Below, piece by piece: positions 25,584 to 38,654 of a stretch of 64,000 bases of DNA. Made by a program: the position numbers and the translations under genes. The stretch is taken from NCBI GenBank assembly GCA_965649765.1, contig OZ287752.1, forward strand, positions 3,348,001 to 3,412,000, in the 5' to 3' direction. Below the pieces are notes generated by a model. That model worked only from the letters and a program-made list of their open reading frames with translations. It did no database searches and had not been told where the DNA came from. Numbering within the stretch: the first letter of the stretch is position 1; each line of letters begins with the position of its first letter. Origin of the DNA: Bispira polyomma (taxonomy: Eukaryota).

Positions 25584-28472
25584 TCAGATACATACACCTG
25601 ATATATCGTATGCCTTGCAGGTAGCATACACGTCTTTACCAGCCATGTACAAAGAGTAACCAAAGAGTGCCATATCTTCCTTGTATGCCTTTGCTATTGT
25701 AGATAACCAGTAGTTTTGGTTTGGCAGCTTTGAAAACAAAGGTAAATATCGGCCGTAGCTGTTGTCCACCGTTTTGCGCATGGCATTTAACTGTATGGGA
25801 ATGCCGTGTCCAGAGAGTTTGTGGTGTTTGATGTAATTTAGATCCCTGGCAATGGTATCACTTTTGGCAATATAACTGAAAGAACAACACTTTTGTTTTA
25901 GGATGGAGTAAACATGTTGCAATAATCAAACTGATGACTCATAATACTCAAGTTTAAGATTATTTGTATTCAACAAGCACTGTTTACAAACATGACAAAA
26001 AATATCAGAAATGTGTTTTTGTCGACGAACATTATAACATATATTTTAAAAGATAATTATTAAATTTCCTATAAAACTTGGAATGTTTATGTGGGTAGGT
26101 TTTAATTACTCTATCGGCATAAACTTTTATTGACAATAATTTGATTTGAATAATATTGAGTAATATTGAAATGCATAAAATAGTATTAGAAACAATAAAA
26201 ATGTAACTTTGACACCAGAACGAAAATTCTAAATTGGGATAATGGAGGTTCTACAGTAATTATATTTATAGTACCTGTATGGAATTGTACAGGGCAAGGT
26301 TGTCTTGAAAATATTAATCCAATGTGGGTCACTCTTGGTTAAGGCATACTGAAGAAACTCTTCAAATTTCACGTTGTTTCCATCTTTAGAGAGGTTGTGT
26401 ACCATCTCCTGAGCGATGTTCCTCTTTGCCAAAATGATCTCCCTAATGTGAAACATGTTCGTTTTCCTAACCTTGTCCATGAAGGCTGATTCTAGCCGGT
26501 CAAATGGATGCCTCACTGTTAATATTGTGTAGTATGTCTTCAGTGATAGTAGCACGTCAGATTTACTTAAAGCTGTGGCAGGTATGATATCGATCCTGTC
26601 AAAAGACTTCCTGCCATGGATTTCCTTCAACTTTTGGCCATGTTCTAAATGGGATATAAAAGGGAGGTGTGAGGGGCCACTGTTATTTAAGATAGTAAAT
26701 CTCCAGGATGTAGATCCTGTCTTGGGGATAGAGTTCAGGACCACCTTGTGCTCTCTGTCAATAAGAAGATATGCTGACATCATCATGTTGGCTGTGTAAT
26801 AGTTGTCCTGTGTCGTTAGGTTGTAGCCCAGTTTCTCACAGTTTTGATGGAGTGTCTCAAGCCGCTTGATTCTTGTTTCTTCAAGTTGTGGTTCTGTGAT
26901 AAACAGATATAACATGTAATATGTTTATATCATTTTATTTTGCATTTCAGTTTTTAGTATATAAACCATTTAACCCTTTCTACACCTAGATTCTCATATA
27001 GCTGCCACTGGCTATCCTTATTCGCTGAAATGATGTCTACCAATAAGCAATTAAGGTCACCAAATAAACATTTTACTCATCTTTAGTCTTACACATTTGC
27101 AACATATTAGTACTGCATAGTTGTACCTTTGTAACAGAACATCATTATGAAATGTTGTGGGTTGTGATGTGTTTTAGTGACTCTGGCAGGCTGAAACAGG
27201 TCACCCAGATATTTCTATCACTTCACAGAGATACTGTGCTGTGAAAGCGTTAAGAGTAAAGACAGTTATCAAACAGATAGAATAATTCAATGTACATGTT
27301 ACGATGGATATAGACAGACGCTTGACAGTTCCAAATGTAGATACAGTTACAGAAGTGCACACAAATAGTAAAAACAAAAAAAACTAATAGTTCTTTGAAG
27401 TAATAATACTGAATTACACTGACAAATTACACTAATATGTATTATTATATAGCCTTACTAATGAAAAACTTTCATTTAGTTTTATCTATTCATTGTAACA
27501 GAAGTATATAAGAACTATATGTTATTTTGCTGCTGAGTAAATTAAATAAATAATTTAATATGAAACAGTATTTGTAATGCCAGCCAGCAGTGTTAACTCT
27601 TAAGTCTAACTGTTACAACATATCATAATTAAAAACCATCAAAGACATCAAACACAGAAATTCAGTGTATTTCCAAATTTGTTCAAATACTGGTTGTATA
27701 AAGTGTAGAAACCCAAATTATGGTTTCAACCCATTGAAGTATCGCTCTTTTGATATTGTATCAGCGGAAAATGCAAACATTTTTTCGTTCGTGGGTGCGG
27801 TAATCTCACCCGAAAGCAATTTTCAGACGCACTTCTCTTATGTGTACTCTGACAATCCTGAAATGGTTTCCCTGGATACATCAGAAAAAAACATCAGTGA
27901 ACGGGTCCCACCAAATATAACCTCCTGTTGCAGCCGTAGAGGACTACCATTGTGTATTAGATCTTACCCAGAGAGGTGTCATCTGTTTCTGAAGGGTTTC
28001 CTTGGTCTGTGATTGGGAAACCTGGTCCAGAGGCGTTTTGTGTTGCCGATGCATTTTCTTCTTAAAACAGAACAAATATGATAGTGACATCACACACGTT
28101 TCATGCATACTAACAAATTATCTAACGATTATGTATACTTGAACGGTTAAAAGTGTGATGATTTTGAAATATTTAAGTTATACTCAAAAAATCTAAATTC
28201 TAAGTAATATTCCCCAAAGATCAAAAGTCCACATTTCTCCCAAATTCGAACTAATCCAATGTTAAGGTCATATGTTTTTACATAAAAAACCCCCAAATTG
28301 AGTTTGTATTATCTGTTTAAGTCTAAGATACCAGAAGTTTCGATGACATGCATTCGACTGTATCATCCAACAAGTACTTACCGCGAACATAACTAAAATC
28401 GAAGATATAAACTAATGATGAAGTAATGCACAGCACTGAAGCCATCTTTATCAGATGCCATTTGTTGATCAT
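25584..28472 (-). CDS. Carbohydrate sulfotransferase, Sulfotransfer_2 (CHST8-14/HNK-1ST) family; type II Golgi protein, 364 aa; exons 28472-28382, 28060-27968, 26893-26275, 25875-25584
   Basis: All three introns GT..AG with compatible phases (1,1,2); 91+93+619+292=1095 nt in one open frame; N-terminal TM segment MASVLCITSSLVYIF; stem with two NAS sequons; 5'-PSB IPKTGSTSW, 3'-PB VRHPFDRLESAF, DPHW, C..PYSYIAK, YKEDMALFGY. Confidence 0.9.
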
Positions 28473-28509
28473 ATCACTAGTTCTACTGCGTACGGAATGG
28501 AGATCATAA

Positions 28510-28655
28510 NNNNNNNNNNNNNNNNNNNNNNNNNNNNNNNNNNNNNNNNNNNNNNNNNNNNNNNNNNNNNNNNNNNNNNNNNNNNNNNNNNNNNNNNNNN
28601 NNNNNNNNNNNNNNNNNNNNNNNNNNNNNNNNNNNNNNNNNNNNNNNNNNNNNNN
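28510..28655. other. Assembly gap (N run)
   Basis: Run of n. Confidence 1.
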
Positions 28656-28809
28656 AGTAATGTGCAATAATGTATGGTAAATACAATGACAAAAAAAAAC
28701 TTTATACAAAAAGCTAAATTTCTGCAAGATATGTACATTATGCCAAACACGCAAAATTTGTCATATTCCTAATTTTATTATTATTGTAAACTCTGTAAAG
28801 TCTGAAGAC

Positions 28810-29122
28810 AGTGGGTACAGGGCAGAGGACTTCACACAGACAACCAGTCTGGAGACTGGGGGGTATAGGTCAGAGGACGTCACACAGATAACCAGTCTGG
28901 AGACTGGGGGTATAGGTCAGAGGGCTTCACATAGACAACCAGTGGGTAGACTGGGGGTGCAGGGCAGAGGGCTTCACACGGACAACCAGTCTGGAGACTG
29001 GGGGTATAGGTCAGAGGACTTCACATAGACAACCAGTGGGAAGACTGTGGGTATAGGGCAGAGGGCTTCACATAGCACATAGACAACCAGTGGGAAGACT
29101 GTGGGTATAGGGCAGAGGGCTG
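28810..29122. repeat. Minisatellite, 47-48-bp unit, ~6 copies
   Basis: ggtataggtcagaggacttcacacagacaaccagtctggagactggg repeated; each unit contains a ccagtc..gactgg hairpin. Confidence 0.9.
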
Positions 29123-29129
29123 TCACCTG

Positions 29130-30640
29130 GTGGTTATTCGGCCAAATTGACTGCTGTTGTTTTCTTGTCTTTTGCAACCACCTGTCGCGTTTTTTCTGAA
29201 TTTGCTGCATATATTATAAATAACACAAATTTTTAGATCTGCTTTTGTCTATTTTTCGTTTTATTGCTGTTGACTGCTGTTGTTTTAATCTGGCCAGAAA
29301 ATGCACCTTATTTTCTGGCTCCTTGTTCTTACCCTTATGGGTTAACCAAACCCAGTACTCCACAATAACTCCTTGAAACATAATCGTTTTGACATTGACC
29401 CAGCTTAAACCAACTTACAAATACTGCCTTGCTTGCATTTCAAAGCCATCATCGCAGAGTGGCCCACACCAACCAAAATGTCAACCCATGGGTCTCTATG
29501 CTTTTAATATTGTCAGATGCCTGTATAAATCCTCAGCCCCACACATCATATTTGATTGTGTGTCTTGTAAACGTTAGATCGATTAGAAACAAGGGTGCCA
29601 CTTTTTGCAAATTCATCCAATCAAACAAGCTGGTCATTGTCGCTGTCACTGAGACATGGCTCTGACCCTCTGACACTAAAAATTTCATAAGGAAATTACC
29701 CCACCCAATTTCACCCACCTGCCAGGCACTGAAAAATTTCCATCGAAGATAAAAGTTTCCACGTTTTCCACAAACCCCTCAGTAAGGAAAAACGTCATAT
29801 CCGGCAATCTTAATATTGATAAGGATTCATTGCATACATGGTTCACAAGTCTTACCAATATCTCAGTTCGAATACACACAGCTAATTGACGAGCCCACCC
29901 ACATACATGGCCACACCTTAAATGTGCTGTGCATCTGTAATTCCTTTTCAACTACCATCAGTCCCCATGTTATTAGCGGTCTATCAGATCACCTCGCAAT
30001 AGTTCTAACTGTATATTTCCCCATCAGAGTTCCATGTAACTACAGACATATCCGAAAGACAAACAAAATAAATGCTTAGGATTTGAAGGCTGACATTTTA
30101 ATCTCTGACTTCATAAAATGCTCACACAAAACTGCTAGTCTCCTCAGTCATCAGTACTTTAATACCCTCAGAAACAGTAACGCACCAGCAAACACAACAA
30201 AAATTTCTCAAAAACCTGATACAAGGCTGCCAAATGCCTTAAGCGTAAACGGGAACGTATCTGGTACTAAGACATGTCCCGCATAAAACAGGAGTAGGTA
30301 CCGCACTGTAACTGCTACAACCACATGTTGGAACTCTCGAAACACAGGCTTCACACTGAGCTTGTTAATAAAAACGGGAATTACCCAAAGGCATTGGGGA
30401 AATTTATGAAGAAAAAACTGCATAATACTTTCTTGCTACAAATCAGTGGCAGACTTGGCAAAACATTTTGGTAAATTTTTCTCTGACAAAATCATCAAAC
30501 TCAGGTCCAGCCTTTCATCATCCTCTGAGACATCCACCCACTCACTATACGCAACACCTTTACCTGCTTCCATACCATGTCCTAAGAAAAGAGTCGTTAA
30601 GCTTATCCAATCCATTATCTCTTATCTCTTTCACCCATTA
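29130..30640 (+). mobile_element. L2/CR1-group LINE 5' portion, heavily decayed
   Basis: MLLILSDACINPQP..LVNVRSIRNK..VAVTETWL; PTHIHGHTL..LSDHLAI; LAKHFGKFFSDKIIKLRSSL; resembles the minus-strand copy at ~24.1-24.8 kb. Confidence 0.8.
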
Positions 30641-31080
30641 AAGTAGAACTAAGTGGTAAATTTAGGTAGAACAATTTCAACCATTTAATTCAAACCATTT
30701 TACCATTTCAGACAAACTCCATGTAGTCCATTTCAGTCAAACTCTGTGGCTCATTTAAGTCAAACTCTGTAGTTCATTTAAGTCAAACTCTGTGGTTCAT
30801 TTAAGTCGAACTATTTCACCCATTTAAGTCGTCCATGTAAGTATAACTATGTGGGTAATTTGATTCAAACTAACAAGTCATTTAAGTCGAATTATGTGTA
30901 CCATTTAAGTCGAACTTAGTAGTCCATTAAATAAAACTATGTCGTTCATTTTAGAAGAACTTCGTGGTCAATTTAATTCGAACTTTGTGGTCCATTTAAG
31001 TCGAACTTTATAGTCCATTCAAGTAGAACTCTGTGGTTCATTTAAGTAAAACTTTGTAGTCGATTTCAGTAGAAATCTGT
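30640..31080. repeat. Degenerate minisatellite, 23-bp unit
   Basis: tcatttaagtcaaactctgtagt with period 23 (30751, 30774, 30797...). Confidence 0.85.
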
Positions 31081-31769
31081 AACCCTTACCTTTTATATTA
31101 CATGGAGAAAACCTGTAGTTCCAGACGAAGGTTTGTTATTTGAGTAGAGATACAGTTCCTGGTCAATTGACGTCTGACATAAGAAAATTCAACCTTGTTT
31201 TATATCACAATAAAGCATCCTAATTTGGCTTTCAGTTATAATTGCCTCTACTACCTATAGTTACTGCGATATACATAGAGTTTAGTTAGAAATATCTTTT
31301 CAAAAATAATATTTTTATATTCCAGATATAAATTCTAACTTCCATTAATAAAATTTTCACCAATAAAAGGCTTTTGAAAGTGTACACAAGACAACATTTT
31401 ATGTGATAGACTAATGCAAATTGTGTGTTAAGAATTTTTATAGATAGAGCCATTTAACAATGCAAATGATCAATAATGTTTTGCTCATATATTGATCCAA
31501 ATGCATCATTTGTGACAATAGTGTAATTGACAACACAATACCTGACTGTTGCAGTTTCTCCTTGATGGTGAAATATATCAAAAGACAGTCATCAATCTTT
31601 TTAGCACTGCTGGCCCTATGCATTATACATTGGTTTTCCCAAAGGCCGACAGCTGGTCTAGTATATTTTTTAGCTGTTCAAACTATTTTATGCCATACTT
31701 TCTATAGAGCCCTGACAACATTTATGCGTAGTTCAGTTACAATGTTTATGTAGTTTATGTACTATATAA

Positions 31770-32955
31770 TGCAAGTTTTTGTTTATACCATTTTGTTGAC
31801 GACCTTTTTGTTTCAAGTGCCTATCTTTTGTTTTTCTCTGTATGCCCCAAACACCAATCTTTTCTTTATACCATTTTATTGATGGCATTTTGTTTCAAGT
31901 ATTTATCTTTTGTTTATACTCTATATGCTTCAAGTACCAATCTTTAGTTTGTGCTTTGTATGCCGCAAGTACCAAGCTTTTGTTTGTGCTTTGTATGCCC
32001 TAAGTACTGAGCCTTTGTTTACGCTTTATCTGCTCCAAGTACCAAGCCTTTGTTCACGCTATATATGCTACAAGTACCAAGCCTTTGCTTACGCTTTATC
32101 CGCTCCAAGTACCAAGCCTTTGTTTACGCTTTATCCGCTCCAAGTACCAAGCCTTTGTTTACGCTTTATCTGCTCCAAGTACCAAGCCTTTGTTCACGCT
32201 ATATATGCTACAAGTACCAAGCCTTTGCTTACGCTCTATATACTCCAAGTACCAAGCTTTTGTTCATGCTTTGTATGCCCTAAGTACCAAGCCTTTGCTT
32301 GTGCTCTATCTGCTCCAAGTTCCAAGCCCTTGTTTGCGGTCTATCTACTTCAAGTACTAAGGTTTTGTTTACGCTATATATACTACAAGTGCCAAGCCCT
32401 TGTTTACGCTCTATCTGCTCCAAGTACCAAGCCTTTGTTTACGCTATATATACTACAAGTACCAAGCCTTTGTTTGTACTTTATCTGCTCCAAGTACCAA
32501 GCCTTTGTTTTCGCTCTATCTTCTCCAAGTACCAAGCTTTTGTTTACCCTTTATCTACTCCAAGTACCAAGCCTTTGTTTATGCTCTATCTACTCCAAGT
32601 ACCAAGCCTTTGTTTACGCTCTATCTACTCCAAGTACCAAGCCTTTGTTTACGCTATATATACTACAAGTACCAAGCCTTTGTTTACGCTCTATCTACTC
32701 CAAGTACCAAGCCTTTGTTTACGCTATATATACTACAAGTACCAAGCTTTTGTTTGTGCTTTATCTGCTCCAAGTACCAAGCCTTTGTTAACGCTCTATC
32801 TACTACAAGTACCAAGCCTTTGTTTACGCTATATCTGCTCCAAGTCCCAAGCTTTTGTTTACCCTTTATCTACTCCAAGTCCCAAGTTTTTGTTTACGCT
32901 ATATATACTACAAGTACCAAGCCTTTGTTCATGCTCTATCTGCTCCAAGTACTAA
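31770..32955. repeat. Minisatellite, 35-bp unit, ~30 copies
   Basis: caagtaccaagcctttgtttacgctttatctgctc head-to-tail, degenerate at the left edge. Confidence 0.97.
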
Positions 32956-33487
32956 CCTGACGCTTCTTTGGCTTTGTGGGATTTGAACCATGTAGTAGTC
33001 CAGTAATGATTCCATTGGTGACAAAAATGGTTTACTAGTAAGGCACACATGTTCTGCTGGCAATTTAGACCTTACTACTGATACTATACATATATCCCCA
33101 AGCTCCTCTTTTCTTCTGTTAGGTTTGTGGCTAGTTGGAAGATCAACTAACTGGTCCCAAGAACTGATGACTTAACACAATTTCACCAGGAGCCTATTTT
33201 GTAAAACATTTGTCATTTTATATTTAACTCGTAGATCTGTGATGTCCAAAAATAAGATCAATTTAGACAAGTGTAGACAAGTATGTAACGACACAATGAA
33301 CATTAATTTAATTGTTTCAATTCTAAGTTTGTCAACTAGTGCTAGATGGTTGATGGCTAATCATCCAAAACAATGCACCTTGCAATGCAGAAATTTAGTA
33401 TCAGATAATTTTAAGTTACATACAGAAGAAATTATTGTATATTGAACCACAGCAAAGTGCCTATTGTAGCATTGTGAAGGCTGAGAC

Positions 33488-33783
33488 TAGTTTATTTCTG
33501 TCAATAATAGCCTCTATGTTAAGTTTATTTCTGTTAATAACTGTCTCTATGTAAGGATTATTGCTGTTAATAACTGCCAAAATGTTAAGTTTATTTAAGT
33601 CAATAACTGTCTATATGTTAAGTTTATTTCTGTTGATAACTGTCTATATGTCAAGTTTATTTCTGTTAATAACTGTCTGTATATTAAGTTTATTTCTGTT
33701 AATAACTGTCTCTATGTTAAGTTTATTTCTGTTAATAACCGTCTATATGTTAAGTTTATTCCTGTTATTAATTGCTTCTATGT
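33488..33783. repeat. Minisatellite, 33-bp unit, ~9 copies
   Basis: ttaagtttatttctgttaataactgtctctatg repeated. Confidence 0.93.
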
Positions 33784-36491
33784 TTGTGACACAATTTTAG
33801 GTTGTTTATCTGATCACTACATGTTTTTATGCACACTACATTCTATGTACAATCTCTATTGCAGTGTGACACAACTTCAGGTTGTTTATCATGACAAATT
33901 ATTTGAGGCTTCATGGCTGTATCTTTGTCAATATTTAACCTAAAATTTTCATTTTTGTATCAGCAGAAAGCATTGATTGAACTCTTATATCTCCTCGATT
34001 ACTTAAGCTAAAAGTTTAGGATTTATATTATCTGAAATAGCAATTAATGCACTATCTGAGGCATTTACGCCAGTATTTAGTGGAATTTAACTTATTTTCA
34101 TTAGAAGTCGAATTATTCATTAAGATAAGGGTGAAGGTCGTTTATGTAAACAAACCGACTTCTGTGAGCTACCAAACTGTATGAAATATGGTATTTCGCA
34201 GTTATATTGTTGACGAGTGAGATTTCAATTGAACTTTTGTAAAACTTACAGCTTGAGAGATCTACAAAATAATGTGACCAAAATATTGTATCACGTGACC
34301 ATATACTAGCGAGAACCTTCCAAAGAAAAACGACTGCTAATATCTATGATTCTCATTTTGTTCTTCAAATTGTTTTTGACGTTCTCAACCTATTTCTCTA
34401 TCATAAAGATGGATTCATAAACAAATTGCAGATTATTTGCATTACAGCAGATTTGGTCTCCTTTACAGACAGTGTTATCAAGGATATAAATGTTTTAAGG
34501 CTTTAGTAACATGAACACGAAACGATCGCAGCTAAATATATGTATTTAAGCTTCTCAGAAACTGTACAACTTTTCTGTGTGGCCTTAAACTTGATTTATG
34601 AATAACATATTTACATTTCATGAGTAGAAATAATAAAAAATAACATCTATTTTAATTATTTGCTAATGCATATATTTTACGTGTCTTTTTAATAGGTATT
34701 TTATGACATACAATGAATATAGCAGTGTGTAATATTGTGACCAAAATAGAGATTATTTTTAAAGTACATGCTTCACAAACGTGACACAATTCACATACCA
34801 AGAAGGGATCAATACTGACGTATTGTACATGACTAGAAAAAGGCAAACATTAGCATTATTTTGAAAAAATGAGTTTTTTTAATAATAGCACCAAAACGGG
34901 ATAATTTTAGAAAAACATTAAAGTTACACTATTTTAAATAGAATGATGTTTGCATTCTTCGTTTTTTTATAAAATAAGATAACATATTAAAAAATGCAAT
35001 TCATTCAAAATAATATACATATTCTCTAAAGTTGTTCAGAGTATATAATGTCTGCATTTGTGTTGGTTTAATACTCGTATTGCGTCACAATAGACAGGGC
35101 TCTCTGCGAAAAAAGTTTACTGATATGACGTTCCACCATAGACTTCAAATTGTGTGACGTCACAATACAAGAATCGTTACATGGGTGTTTTTATAGTTTT
35201 ATACTAAAGTATTAACATTTTAAATCGTTTAGACTCATAAAATAAGTTCAAACCTTGCTAACGAATCATTTTAAGGCTGCTATAGTGTGTATACAGGTGA
35301 AAATGAACTGACGCACATGCAGTATGATTTATCGGCGAGGTATTTGTGTGTTTACGTTACTATAGCCTTAAGTAACCTTGTCCTAGTTTGAAGTTTATGT
35401 ATAATAACTTACAATTGTGCAATTGTATAATCGTATATTTTTAGCAGTTATCTTAACCAGGAGTGTGACAGTTTTTTCAAATTCCTGGATTACCCTCTTG
35501 GGGTGTAAATGTGCTTATCACTAGCTTTAGTATTTGTCATAGCTCAATGAAATTTGCCATGTACTTTGGTAAGATATAAAGTTTTCTGAACGCAAGGTGC
35601 TGTTAAGATCAATCAGAAGATGATTAATCACCGTTTGATTTTTTATTGAAACGCGGAAAGAATGTGCAATGTTAAAATTTTTTGGTTCTAAGTCCAGTAC
35701 TTAATACTTAATGAGTACTGAAAATGAGTAGTTTGCTCTAATTTGATCTATCTTGCATTGTTATTAACTTTTGTTTTGAAGTACTTGTCATAGTTTAATG
35801 AAATTTGGCATTCACATTGCAAATACAAAAGCCAAACGTCTGCAAATGTTTACATCAATTGGGTGATAATTGAATGAAGATTGATTAATCGTTTAAAATG
35901 TGAAAAAAGTGTCGACAATTTTTTTAGCAAGTGGAGTTTTTTTAAATTTTAGACCAGTACATGCTGGGCCTAAGTTTTAGAAAAAAGCTAAAAAAAAAAC
36001 CAAACATGCAACTGGATTTGATGCAAGTTCTGACACACATATACTATGCAGTTTATGCAAATAAAAACTCGCTTTCCCACTAGGGTTGATCTAGTGGTTT
36101 GCCAGGGCACATATCGGACACTAGCAAGTGGTATAACTTCCATCTCAACCTGATAATGTACTCTGTCCAGTAACTGATCTCAAAAATATGATTAAACAAT
36201 TGTTCATAAGCTCTTAAGATTGGTTGCCCCCTAAGGATTTTAGATATCATTCATTTCAAAGAAGTGGGGCCCGATTCACCTTTGATAACAGCAACTACTA
36301 ACAGAATATTAAAAAGACAGGATAACTGACTCAGTGAGGTGGTTTGGACTAACCTTAGCTCCACCCCTAAGCAGCTGGTGTTGTACTTACAACTTTTGAA
36401 ATACTATGGGGTCAGACCCACATGTAAAACTTGTTTGTAATCTTACATTTGGCTATAATTGTACTTAACTTTTAGTATGCGAGTAGTCATT

Positions 36492-36630
36492 GGGGCTGCA
36501 GTGGTCTAATGGTTATGAGTGTCTGCTTTAAAATATCTGGCCTATCACCTCTGGGGATTGAATCACAAAGATTCTTTCTTCATGTGAGAGAGTTTGTCAG
36601 GTACTTTCCATAGGCCTATGGTTTACAGTG
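36492..36630 (+). mobile_element. Old tRNA-derived SINE (family B), 5' part
   Basis: ggggctgcagtggtctaatggtta (A-box-like), cctatcacctct, agagtttgtcaggtactt..ggttt core shared with the copy at ~63.9 kb. Confidence 0.6.
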
Positions 36631-36941
36631 CATATTAGCCTTAAGTTAGTCAAGATATTTATATACATGTAAACAGTGTATGCAATAACAATGAGTACTG
36701 ACTGTTTTGTTTAGAATATATGTAGCTTGAAGCCACATGTTCTCTTTCCTGTTTATCATCTTCATGGAGCCACATCTGCTTTAGGGCCATCCAGGCATTG
36801 TACTAGTCATTCCATTATTAGAAAAACAACAGGCAAAACATTATAGACATTGAAACAGAACATTTAAATAAATAGGGTTTCTGCGTTTCTGTTATATAAC
36901 TGCACATTTTTGTTTCCATGGTATAATTGAGACCACACAGA

Positions 36942-38522
36942 TGTTACATATAATAGCCCTCTGCTAGAGTGATCTATTTATAGATTTGGGGAAAACCCCT
37001 CATGTGGGGGTTCCACATTCAGGATTAGTCCCCGATCTTCCCGACTTTGTGATCGATAACAGGAAAATCGGCAAAACGTATAGGTCGGGGGCGAAAATGG
37101 GGTGGTCAGGAAGGTCAGGTGTCCCGACTTCAGTCCCGGATCTTCAAAAACGTATAGGTCGGCTTCGGTGAGTAAATTTGATCCTATTGGCGATACGTTC
37201 TGTCTCATAGGTCTTAATATCACTCCCGGTCTGTCCTAACGCTGGCCCATCGAAACGTATAGGTCGGGATGGGGGGGGGGGGGCGAAAACGGGGTGGTCT
37301 GGAAGGTCGAAAGGAATTTATGTGTGGAGACACATACAAAAGCCCATTTTGTCAGTCCCGATAATGGAAATCAGTTTAAAAGTTTACCTTACCTTTGCGA
37401 CATCGAACCCACTTCTGGTACAGTTCATGTACGCAAACGATGAATTTATTTGCTGTTATTTACAACAAACTTTCATCAAAAATGAGGCCTAAACAGGTAT
37501 TATTTCTTTTATTTTATTAAATACACCTCATTTGTCATCTATATTTATATACAATAACAGTCCTGACTTTGACTTTTATACGTTCGATCTTTATGGTCGG
37601 GGATGTAAATCCGTCAGATCCTATTGGTGATACGTTCGATCCTGGGGCGATACGTCAGATCCTATCACCAGTAAGTTCGATCAGCATCCCGTTCGATCAG
37701 CTAGCCGCCCCACATTTTAATTTTCCCGCCCAAAAATGAATTTTATTGATTTTTTTGCCCCGACCTTCCCGACTTTAAAATCGGGCCCATTTGGCCGATC
37801 GAACTTGGATGTGGAACCGCCCTTAAGCTTCTAGAAGCTTGTTCTCTGTAGTGTTTTTATTGGAGTTGTGTTGACCTCTTTACGTTTAATTCCAGAGTCC
37901 TCTAGCAATGGTGGTTTACATACTCTAGAGCCTTCTATAGCTGTAGTATATATAAGGGTTGAAATCCTGGCCATAGACTAGAGTTTGTTGAGTTAGTATG
38001 CTATGCGAATTGCTATATTGTGAAACACTTTATTTCTGTGTCAAGTGGATATAAACTGGTTATTATATACATTTTGTGGTGAACTCATTGAAGTGAACTG
38101 GATATAAAGTTAAGGATTTACCAGAGAGTGGATCTGCTACATATTGGATATTGCTTGCATCCTGGACTGGATAGCTTAGTTGTGCAGACTCTCTAGATAT
38201 ATACATTTTGTGTTCGTGGTCACCGAACAGATAACAGGATACAGGCATTGTTTGTTAGTGGACACCAGACGGATCTCAAGACAGATTGCTGGATACAGTG
38301 AACAAACTTGTTTAACTGCTAGTTATATGGACAGGACTGTGGTCAGGTCAGATTGGTTTCATGATTGTATTACTGTACTATTATATGAACCATTAAGAGT
38401 ATCCTAGTTGACTGTAAATGTTATTTTAATTGTTAAATAAATTTGTTGAGTGAAACTTTTTGTCTTTTCCTGTTACAACTTGAGAGCAACCAGTAATAGC
38501 TACCGCACTTGCTCCGGTAACA
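36942..38522 (+). mobile_element. Solo LTR, same family as 13783-14576, opposite orientation, interrupted by a MITE
   Basis: tgttaca...gtaaca; exact TSD caga (36938-36941, 38523-38526); collinear with the reverse complement of the first LTR either side of 37001-37822. Confidence 0.9.
37006..37822. mobile_element. Harbinger-like non-autonomous DNA element nested in the LTR
   Basis: TIRs gggggttccacattcagg / cttggatgtggaaccgccc; inserted at the cct-aag site of the LTR; CpG-rich subterminal motifs (cccgac, gatcctat, acgtatagg). Confidence 0.8.
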
Positions 38523-38654
38523 CAGATATCAGACAGTTTGGTGTTTGGTGAAGTCTATCCTGTAACAGAGGAGCTGTCATGCTACCCTGCATTTTCTAAT
38601 ATACGAGGGTATTGTAGACTTTTAAGGAGTAAACTGGTCTGAAATTAGAATTTT

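Noticed and set aside
27665-28012. 115-aa plus-strand ORF
   Set aside because: Antisense to sulfotransferase exon 2/intron 2, no motif, non-ATG start
31770-32955. CRISPR-like 35-bp periodicity
   Set aside because: Units are head-to-tail with no unique spacers, no cas genes, eukaryotic context
31910-33800. Long hydrophobic repetitive ORFs (293, 218, 186, 79 aa)
   Set aside because: By-products of stop-free minisatellite units, open in several frames at once
34100-35975. Possible DNA-transposon remnants with a duplicated aatgaaatttg.cat block
   Set aside because: Could not pair termini or find a TSD
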